Assembly (NCBI GenBank): GCA_951406725.2
Contig: OX597816.1
Coordinates: 28,830,001 to 28,894,000, forward strand
Reading direction: 5' to 3'
From: Octopus vulgaris
Taxonomy: Eukaryota
DNA length: 64,000 nt
Part shown: positions 53,745 to 64,000 of the stretch, in pieces
How positions within the stretch are numbered: position 1 is the first letter of the stretch
Layout: each line of letters opens with the position of its first letter
The notes under the pieces: model-generated
Databases searched by the model: none
What the model saw: only the letters and a program-made list of their open reading frames with translations
What the model was told of the DNA's origin: nothing
Program-made: the position numbers and the translations under genes

Positions 53745-55800
53745 TTCACTGGTCAACAATTCTTGGATATTTCCAGATAATCAGTATCTGACAATAGAAT
53801 ACATCACCCACGTCAACGTCAAGGTTGTACACTGCGTCCAAGAAGTTAGGTACTTATACAAATACATTACAAAAGGACAAGATCGAATTATCTTCTCAAC
53901 ATCGGAAAGAGGACAGCCAATTTCCGTATTAAACGAAATAGAAAACTCCGTAAACACTCGATACATATCTGCAAGTGATCCATTCTGGAAGTTGTGTGGA
54001 TTGTTCATACACCAAAAGCATCCACCAGGCATTTACCTGATAAGCAGATTGCACGATTCGACCCGACTTCTGTCGCTAAGGCTGTGGAACATAAAACACC
54101 TGTAACTAAATTGACAGCTTATTTTCAAACAAGCAAACACGACGGCAAAGCACGACTTCTTCACCATCATTTTAATTTACTGCCGGCCGCCTGATCCAAT
54201 GAACTTTAGGGAAGAGTGGAAAACTGAACTAGGACGATACCTTTGCAGAAACAACATTAAGGATCGTACCCTTATCATTGTAAATGAAATATTGATTCGT
54301 CTGCAGGAGCCTCTTCAAAGGGATGAACTTGACCTCACTCGGCATTTCCAGCTCCCTCAACCTCAATTTAACGAAAGCAGTCAACTGATTCCAAAGATTA
54401 TCGCAGAAGAATGTAACTATGACAAATACTTCAAATAGTGTCTACTGACATCTCCAATATTCTAAATACTGATCAAAAGCACATTTTTGATATGGTTGTA
54501 AATTCAATTTCACAAGAACAGGAAAACAAGATTTTCACCCACCTTCATCGCGAGTAGTGGAACTGGCAAAACATATCTTATCAATGCCATCATAGATTTT
54601 CCACATTCGGAGAAAAACCCGCCACAGCTCTATCTGGGATCGCGGAAACATTACTACACAATGGCCAGAAATTTCATTCTCGGTTCAAAGTACCCTTAAA
54701 CACAACGCCAGATTCCTGCTCAAAGTGGCATCTCCAGATGCAAACGAGCAGTCAAGGCGACAAGCTCATATACGAATGCTTGGATCGTTCCCTATACGAT
54801 ATCACAGCGAACGAATCATCCCTGTTTGGCGGAGTTTGTGTTCTTTTTGTAGGCGACTGGAAGCAGATTCTACCAGTTGTTAAACGTGGTAGACGAGTCC
54901 AAAAGTGCAAGCGACTTTGAAAACATCGTTCATCTGGAGGTCTGTGAAACATCTTTGAAAACATCTTACATCTGGAGTTGAGTATAAAGAAAAGTACGAG
55001 GGTACGAAATTCTTCAGATACAACTTTCGAAATCTCTTTAAGGGACATCGGTTCCGGACAATGTTCTTTCTCCGACCCACTGAGGAATATGATCCGAATT
55101 AGGCTAGATTTTGTATTCGAAACATCATCTATTTCTGAAATATGCAAAATTGTCTTTAATGATTTAAGTGAAAACTACAAAAACGCATCATGGCTGTGTA
55201 CGCGAGCTGTCATCACCTAAACCAATGAAATGGTAAACAGTGTGAATGAGCACATGATTAGCAACTTCCCTAGGAGAAGTTGAGAGTACTGTAGTTCGGA
55301 TACAATAGATAACGAAAACTATCACCAGTACCCACAGGATTTCTTGAACAACTTAAATCCATCCGGATTGCCACCCCATAAGATCAAACTGGAAAAAAAC
55401 TGTCCGATAACGCTCCTTAGGAACTTTGATCCAGCCAATGGACACTGCAATGGAACAAGATACATAGTAACAAAAATCAGTGATTGCAACTGGTTCCCAC
55501 AATGGTAAAAGCCCCTTAAACTAACAGATAACCAGTTTCCGTTTCAATTAAGATACAGACAGTTTTCTATAAAACTGGCATTCTCATTCACAGCAAACAA
55601 GGCATATGGCCATACTTCAGATTGTGTAGGTATACTTTTCCATACTCGCTATAAGTAGAGAAAAGGACTCCAGTAATTAATGGAGTCCTTTTCTCTACTC
55701 ATAGCAACGTATAACTGACAGCGTGTAAACATATTATAATTTGAAAATTATTGTCGATCACACGCAAAATATCGTCTAGAAAGAGGTTTTGCAATCATAT
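53745..55800 (+). mobile_element. Helitron Rep/PIF1-helicase pseudogene
   Basis: HVNV..RYLYKYITKGQDR, RYISASD, GTGKTYL, FGG..VLFVGDWKQILPVV, LNPSGLPPH..LLRNFDP.NGHCNGTRY, RQF.IKLAF; many stops and frameshifts. Confidence 0.95.
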
Positions 55801-57929
55801 TGATATCAAAATCCGTTTACATAATTTTCTATAAATACTGCTGTTATGACTTCCCTCCGCTTCTTTATGTCTCCATCGTAGGTGAGTAGAATTGCTAGTT
55901 TGTAGAAATGGGAAGCATATGAAGATGAGAAAAGTATTTTTAGATCAAAGAAAGCAAGTATTTTAAAAGCACTAAGTAGGATTCTCAAGCAGATGTGCTG
56001 GAAAATTTTTGAAGGCGAGAGAGCAAACTTTTTTCTGGGAATTCTTTGTGGAGAAAATGAAAACTGATACAAACAACGCGACACCGACAGAACGACTGGA
56101 AAGAAAAAAATCGAAATTATAAGATATGGACAGAGAAAAAAACTCAAATAAGATACTGGATTCGAAAAGTCTGTAGCTGAAAAATCAGACGCCAATTAGA
56201 TTAAAGAAAAAAGTACTAAAAATGTAATGAAAATGAAATAAAATCCAAATTGTTGATATCGTAAGAATGTATAACTTTTGAGGGGAACTTAAAATTTATA
56301 TTTTTGGAACATTATATCTCAATGCACATAAGCTTATGAGTAAAAATATGCAGATATTGTTTCTAAAATCATTTTTGTTTCTTGTGCCATGGAAACCTTC
56401 ACCTTTTTCTATCCAAAGGAGTTTTTTTAACCTAAAATTTACATGTTATTATATAACGTTCTTCGAGATAAAATTTTCTGAAAACAGCACGTGAAGGGAC
56501 AATATAACTTTCCGGAAATAATTCACAAATGAGATTAATATTTAATCAAATAACAACAACCGATAGCCCCTCATATAAAAACATCATAAGAAATGTTCAG
56601 AAATTCAATAAAACAAACCAAAAAATCTCGGCTAAAATAAAAGGATCATTAAACAATCACTATAGGAAAAGACCAAAATAAACTAAATAACAGTGTGCAA
56701 ATCTCTTAAAAATGAAAGTAATTCCCCCAAATAAAAACAAATACCAATGGAAACAGTATAACATTAGTACTAGATATGCCAAAAGCTAGGAAATTTGCAT
56801 TCAAAATTCAAAATACAAGAGAAAGACGGTTTATCAGTTATAAGTAATTTATTTTTGAGAGCATTAGTTTCAGACTAGTTTCAAACGAATAAAATCAAAG
56901 AACTACCGAAGAAACCCGTCCCTCAAAAATAATAGATTCATCACAATGAAATCTCATTGAAACTGAAATAAAACATAGAATGTAGGCTTAACGCCATGCA
57001 AACTCAAAAACGTGATACAGGACTTCTTACGAAAAATACTAAAGCAATTCTTTCACGAGAAGGATTATGAATATTTCTTGTAAAAGCGAAGCAGGCTTTA
57101 GATACACTAATTCAATGAACGGGAATAGATACTTATACGAATATAACACATATTTGACGAGAAATTCGAGCTGAAACATTCTAGCAACACATAAAATAAC
57201 CATTCATTACAAATAAAGAGCAAACAGAAAGGTAACTCCATAATCTTTGAAAGAAGCTAACGAAGAAATGACTAGGTATTATTGGACTACACCTATTTAA
57301 GGAAAGCGGTCGATCTTAGAACGACTAAACGCTCAATATTTCTATAAAAATTAGAAACTGATGCATATAGACAATTAGCAGGTTTGGACGATGTAAAACC
57401 TGCTCTGTGTAAGCATTCAACTTGTATGGGTACGCTTACGTTAAAAAAACAATTTTAGAATGATATTGTTCTGTCAAAACGCTAAAAATAACTTATCAAC
57501 AACAAAAAAAACAACTACGATTCAAACGTATAACCTCAAATACTAAGCGAACAAAGACGAACCATCCCACTTCAATTGCGAGCGCACACGTACACACACA
57601 CACACATATTCACATACCCCCTTTTACGTACACCCACATATATTCACACAGTGTTGAAACGCTGTTTGATTTATTTTTTCAGTGTACAAATTTCAGCATT
57701 CCACTACCAAGTATGACTTCACCCATTCCTTCCTTATTCATATATCACCTCTTCCTTTCTCATTCATAAGCTCAAGAGTATTATTATAGTAGATTATCTC
57801 AATAAGCATGGGAACTGTGGAAAAATACCAAGCCCAGGAACACCACCGGATCATTCTACACACCAGTTTAATTTTTGGCGCAATTCCATCCAACCGTTTG
57901 ACTGAATCCCAAGACAAGAAAGAATCGCC

Positions 57930-58310
57930 CATGTCAAATTTATATGTATAGATTAACAAAATTAATAAATTAAAGGGCAAATTCAAAAGTATCATACTGA
58001 AGAAAGACTTGGATTACATCAAAATTATCAAGGTGAAAACAAGACAATTTAATGGACTTCCGAAAATACGTAAATCACAATAAATCCATAACAGTTTAAA
58101 TGATGTGTATACACTAAATGTAAAACTACTTAACTATATGTTTAAAATTACGCTCAATAGATGAAGGATAACACAAAATATTCAACGATAATGCCATTTT
58201 CTGGATATCATACTGAAAGCACACTATTAAGTAGCTGCAAATATTTCTAAAAACAGCTTCATACACCTAGTAAAACGTCTGCTATTAAAACCTAAACTTA
58301 ACGGGATGGA
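57930..58310 (+). mobile_element. Penelope-like RT relic (A-rich upstream 56200-57550 may belong to it)
   Basis: FNGLPKIRKS (58048), LKLRSI and QR*CHFLDIILK correspond to PLE FYGLPKIHK / RPI / LD.ILKP motifs. Confidence 0.65.
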
Positions 58311-59777
58311 CTAATTTTAGTACTTAACACTTTCTTGGCAGCTCTTTGAAATAATATGATACTTGAGTATTGAGAGAATTCACATATCAGTACCGGTTCA
58401 AACCTATCTCAGATAGACACATATAAACCATGAATGTTTTATTCAAAGCCCCAAGCTGACTATTCTGTTAATAATATGGGTTAATCACAATACATTCCAA
58501 GGTAAACCATCCAAACGCCAGTGTGTGTTCGTAAGTGCGTAACTACACGCACACACGACAGCGCATACGCCTTCATACATAAATACATATACAGCTTGCT
58601 CCTGCCTACTTTCAATTTGAACTTATTAACTGACTATATCATATTATTAACGGATTAATGAACATATTTTGAAGATGTCGCATGCCCATTGCATATAAAT
58701 TCAGGAACTCAAATATAAATTTAATTGTAATAGCCGTAGATGTTATCATTATTCTTGTCCTTTAGTTCCACGTTAGCTTTTAATGTTCTGCCTTTCAATC
58801 ATAATCATTCCTCTCACGACAATTCAGTCTGTTTGGCATTAAATGGGACAATCTTATCTACCGTGACCATCTGTTATATAAAGCCTAGTGTGAGGCAAAT
58901 TTGATTGCTATTCCTACAACGGAAAGCAATCACGGTGTTCCATCTGATCAGCAGGATTTATGTAATGACATGTACTTTTGCTACACAGGTACAACCATTT
59001 GAAATAAGTTGCTGATTTAATATTTTGGTTGCCAATACTAATGAATATACTATATATTAATTTCCAATAGTTTTCTCAATGAATGTTATGAACAACTAGT
59101 CTAATTTCATTTATCCTCAGGCAATAGTAAATTGTGTGTCAAGAGCAGAAAATGAATTACCTCCAAGCCAAGAACGTAAAACTAGGCCTTTGAGAACCAG
59201 ATCGTGCAATGAAGTGTCTAATGATTCTGAAAGTGGTTGCTTAAATATCGGAACATGAATCTAGTAGTAGCAACTAACATATTTTTGCATGCACTACCTA
59301 CTTGTTCATTCATTACGTAAAGATAAGCGTTTATTTCTCTTACTCTAACATGTTTTTTTTTTGTTATCAAGTAACTCCAAATCTGAAAATATAGCTCCAA
59401 GCCTACGAAACGATATGCGTTTGGTGATATGAAGTTATTCATTGCTAATGAAAGGTGCTCTAATACTTTCAAAGCTTTAAGGGCTCAAGACCAGCTTTGA
59501 TTTTAAAGAAGTTTTTTGCCACATATATCTCACTGACTCATCAAGAAGCATACCGGCCACTTACAATGTATAATGTATATTCTTAAGTTCAAATGAGTAT
59601 ACTAGTAGGAATATCATAAACAAACATTGATAACCACACATAACACTTATGCAGTGTATACATTTTTGTGCATATACGCGTGCATGTGAGTGTATTTGAC
59701 TCTGAATATGCTTATGTGTATGGAGTTGAAATTATACATATATACATACATACATACGTACATACACACATATATAC

Positions 59778-60835
59778 ATCTTTTAACCAGCAAGTGTCGA
59801 AGTGCATCCCTTGAGCAAGTTTGCATACATGAAGCTGATACCACCATAAGACTTGAAACGCAGTTCCTTGAGCAACACTCTTTGTCTGATAACATAGAAT
59901 ACATGCTCAAAGAAGTCGCACGACTCTACCGCAAAATATCATCAGGTGAAAGGATAAGCCTATATGTGCAGAACACTATGCATGGATCTGTTACTAGAAA
60001 GCTTCATGATGATACAAACATCGATAATCAATGCAGCTAATCATGGACCAATAACCGGATTGCTACATCCCACTTTGAAGGCCATGCGTGTTGCAATCTA
60101 GGAACATGAAATATCAACCAGGTACCAATATCAACCATGCACAAAAAGGATAGAGATGCAGGTAAAGCCGTAAAGTGTGACAACTGATGCAGACGTTATG
60201 GAGTTCACATTGAAGATATCACCCACATCATAATCAGTTGTCCGAAAATGTCATCAATGTGTTATCTGCCAATGAGACATGACGTTGTATTTGGGACACG
60301 CTATAATGAAATCCGTCGGAAGGATAATCCCGAGGACAAGGAGATAAGAACCCACAATATGGTAGACTCCATATCGACTCATAATAAAAAGGAATATTGG
60401 TGGAATTTACCAGTGAAGATCTCAAAACTAAGTAAGCGCAACAGATCTGATATAATGATTTGGGGTAGAGAAGAGAAACTGTGCACAGTCATGGAAATTA
60501 GCTACCCAGCGGATGTTAACATAAAGCTAAAGATCAGTGTAAATGAGAACACCTATGCTGATCTATTGAGAAATCTGCAGTTACTCTATCCAGATTACAA
60601 GTTTAGGTTTATACCTGTAATTATTGGGGCCTTGGGATACGAACACAATGTCTAAATACAATCTTCAGAAATTAGGCTTCTCAGAAATAGGTAGGAGAAA
60701 GCTAATTCAAAAACAACAGATCCAATGCATCAATGGAACTGTAAAAATTTGTAAAATGCACCAGTTTATCATTTAAATACATATGAGCAAGTCTAGATAT
60801 GCAACTATATGCATGAGAGTACATAAATAAAACAA
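59778..60835 (+). mobile_element. Degenerate R4-clade RLE retrotransposon flanked by (CATA)n-like tracts
   Basis: CRR....EDITHIIISCP, RHDVV, WWNLPV..NRSDIMIW..MEISYPAD, IPVIIGALG; AATAAA then CATA repeats. Confidence 0.85.
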
Positions 60836-60998
60836 ACAAATCTGCATATACATACAAACATACATATAGACAATAGCCTGTTGATGTTGAAATTCCAATG
60901 AAGGAGCCTAGGATCTAAGTTAGAAACCGGTTCTTTATTAACAAGAAATATTGAAATAAACTGAATAATGACATACACACATCCAAACGTGTATGCAT

Positions 60999-61084
<86 letters not shown>

Positions 61085-61124
61085 ATGTATACATTGTTTT
61101 GAATACAAGCATTTATGCATAAAA

Positions 61125-62362
61125 CAGGGGTTGGACAAAATAATGGAAACACTCTAAAATTTTTAACAAATTTATTTTGATATGGGGTTGGACCGCCTTT
61201 GGCAGTAATTGCAGCTTGAATTCTCCGAGGTATGGGCTCGTACAACGTTTGAATTATTTCCAAGGGAATTTTTGTCCTTTCTTCAGCTAGAACACTCCAG
61301 TTCTTGTAGTGATGATGGTGGAGGATATCGACTACTTAGTTATTTTTCTAAAATGCACCATAAATGTTCAATAATACTGAGATATGGGGACTTTGGCAGC
61401 CAGATGAGATGTTCAGCTTCACTCGAATGTTCCTCGTACCATTCAGTAACAATTTATGCTCTGTCACTTGGTGAATTATCGCCCTGAAAGATTGCGTTTC
61501 CCTCCGGAATCAATTCCTCAAACGTAGGATAAATTTGATAGATAAAATGATTAAGTAGACTTGATTATTAATTCTGCCATAAAGGGAAACCACTGGGCCG
61601 GCAGATTTCCAAGGTATAGCCCCACAGATCAGTACAGATCCTACTCCATGTTTAACAGTTGGAAGAAGGCAGTCTGGGTTGATTCTTTTGGCTGCCTTCA
61701 CACGTATAGTCGGCCGGTAACAGAAATATGGCAAAGGATGAGAAAATAACATTCTTTCACTGCTCTAGGTACCAATTCTGTAGATTCGTACTCCATTCTA
61801 AACGCTTTGCAACGTTGGTGTTTGAAAATAGTTGCTTTCCGATTGCAGCTCGCCTGTGATATCCGGCTTTGTGCAGCTCCCGGCAAACTGTTTTTTTGTG
61901 GAAACTGGGTTCTCGAGGTGGTCATTAAGCTCTGCGGTAATTTTGGGAACTGTGCTTTTTGTGATACTTTGTAACAATACACGTAAGAATCTGATGGTCC
62001 CTATCTGAAAGTTTTGGTTTGCTTCCGGAGTTTTGTTTCGACAAGGAGGCTCTTCCCCCTTTCTCAAAGGCTGTCTTTACTTTCGAGATAGTACTTCTTG
62101 ATACAGCAAACATTTCGGCTGTTTTCGTTACGCTAGCGACTGACATATGAGCACCAACAATTTGACCTCTTTGAAAGTCCGGTAGATCGATCATTTTAAT
62201 GAATTACCTTTTTGTGATGATATCTGAAAAGAAAGAGCAATTTTAGCAAAACATTAAGGAACACTAATAATAAATTAAAAAAAACAAAAATAAACAAGCT
62301 TTTGACGGTTGTATAGATATTCCAAAATTATGATGCTATGATGCTAGGTGTTTCCATTATTT
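61125..62362 (-). mobile_element. Tc1-family DNA transposon, degenerate
   Basis: TIR CAGGGGTTGGACAAAATAATGGAAACAC (61125) and partial inverse GTGTTTCCATTATTT (62348-62362); LPDFQRGQIVG, PTVKHGVGSV, LSIIEHLW remnants. Confidence 0.93.
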
Positions 62363-62680
62363 ATGGTTAAATATGCATAAGATCGAGCGACATTGTGCAA
62401 CAGATATTCAACCAATATTTCCAAAATATACACAGCCGAATGTGAATACATATTTATCCATTGTACCCACGTGTATGTTACGAGCAGTACCGCAGAAAAC
62501 TGCAGTATTCGATCAGGGAGTAAATTATAATTTCAAATTAATAACAAAAGGGTAGAATTTATTAAATTAATTAATTGATAAATCAATTAATTAATAATTT
62601 TACCAAGTAGATCGGTTCGTTAAACTAACCTTTATAAGTAAAATTTACCCCGAGCACTTTCAAATTTTATATTGGAAATG

Positions 62681-62738
62681 CAACACGGATGAGGAAATGT
62701 AAGTAATTAAATACTTTCATCTCGAAACGCGTCTTTGG
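62681..62738 (+). ncRNA. Degenerate hammerhead motif
   Basis: CGGATGA-GGAAATG...CATCTC-GAAAC-GC-GTC; U4G change and weak stem I. Confidence 0.4.
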
Positions 62739-63523
62739 CTAATCGGAGTCGTGTTGATTCATTATTTTTCTTTGTGCCTATGTAAAAAAGTGTGTCACTG
62801 TCTGAGAGATTCTTACGTTAGTAGAAAAGGAAATTTTAACTCCTATTTCTAAATTCGGTATGTGGTCAAGAAATTAGCTAACCCCCTAATTATAATTATG
62901 TTTATAATTATAGAATATTTGTATAATTTTAACTATACAGGAATGCATACAAAAACATTATACCTAATCGGAACGAAGTCTTTTCACTTTGGAACTGAGA
63001 ACATTTTCAATATAATTATGAAACGTCAATTCTCAGATATTACTCCTTTGCTCCGATTAGGTAGTGTGTTGTTCGCTATGGACACACATAATAAAGTTAG
63101 TCACTTATAAAAGCCTCATAAAATACCATACATATATTTAATAGCTATGAGCAAATGTTACTGGCGAAAAATGTACGAAGTTGGTTAATTTACCGAGTTG
63201 CAACTGGCTATAAAAATATGAGTTATTGATATTCTTATCATTTGGAAGTAGGGACAAATGTAGAAGTGTTCAGCATAAGTAGTAGAAAAAATTCATTAGT
63301 TCGTCGATGACGACTCATGCCATTAATGGTTAATGTGTTTCACTGAAATGTGCATATGGCCTGACGGAAAGATCGAGAGAAAATCACAATAGTATTGAGG
63401 ACGAACATCGATATTTGAACGGGGATGTGTATGTGTGTGTGTAAATTTATAATTATAATTATGATTAAGGGTACCAGATAGTCCCGGCTAGAAATAAAGT
63501 TTAAAAAATACTCAAAAAATATA

Positions 63524-63662
63524 CAGGATTGGCTGTGTGGTAAGTAGCTTGCTTACCAACCACATGGTTCCGGGTTCAGTCCCACTGCGTGGCACCTTGG
63601 ACAAGTGACGTCTGCTATAGCCTTGTGAGAGGATTTGGTAGACGGGAACTGAAAGAAGCCCG

Positions 63663-63724
<62 letters not shown>

Positions 63725-63953
63725 GCGCGTGTATGTTTCTGTGTCTGTGTTTGTCCCCCTAGCATTGCTTGACAACGGATGCTGGTGTGTTTATGTCCTC
63801 GTCACTTAGCGGTTATGCAAAAGAGATCGATGGAATAAGTACTGGGCTTACAAAGAATAAGTCCCAGGGTCGAGTTGCTCAACTAAAGGCGGTGCTCCAG
63901 CATGGCCGCAGTCAAATGACTGAAACCAGTAAAAGAGTAAAGAGTAAAGAGTA
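63524..63953 (+). mobile_element. SINE family A
   Basis: Homologue of 71-479 with (TAAAGAG)n tail. Confidence 0.92.
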
Positions 63954-64000
63954 AATAAGCCACTGTATCACTCAAAATTCAACAAGCTGACGAAATAGAG

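Noticed and set aside
60870-60960. Hairpin plus GAAACCGGTT, pLTR-like
   Set aside because: No assignable core or stem I; single copy

Overview
This is AT-rich, microsatellite-dense eukaryotic non-genic DNA. A cephalopod (Octopus-like) origin is inferred from the tRNA-derived SINE content and is not proven. No intact host protein-coding gene, rRNA, tRNA gene or CRISPR is supportable, and nearly all ORF-track calls are microsatellite translations. The window is mostly decayed transposons: R4/Dong-clade RLE retrotransposons stacked in (TAA)n tracts, an abundant tRNA/CORE-like SINE, mariner, Tc1 and DD37D fragments, a Merlin element with 8-bp TSD, a decayed Helitron and Penelope-like (PLE) remnants. 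The main hidden signal is about 10 short repeat families that each carry a minimal type-I hammerhead ribozyme motif, often in outward-facing inverted pairs. Across these families all four Watson-Crick combinations occur at the core 3-8 pair (C-G, G-C, U-A, A-U). One family couples a Pol III tRNA head to a hammerhead and a PLE-type inverted end, flanked by a 14-bp TSD. There is also a complex template-switch rearrangement at 31.6-32.9 kb. All folds and alignments were read by eye and no ribozyme activity is demonstrated.
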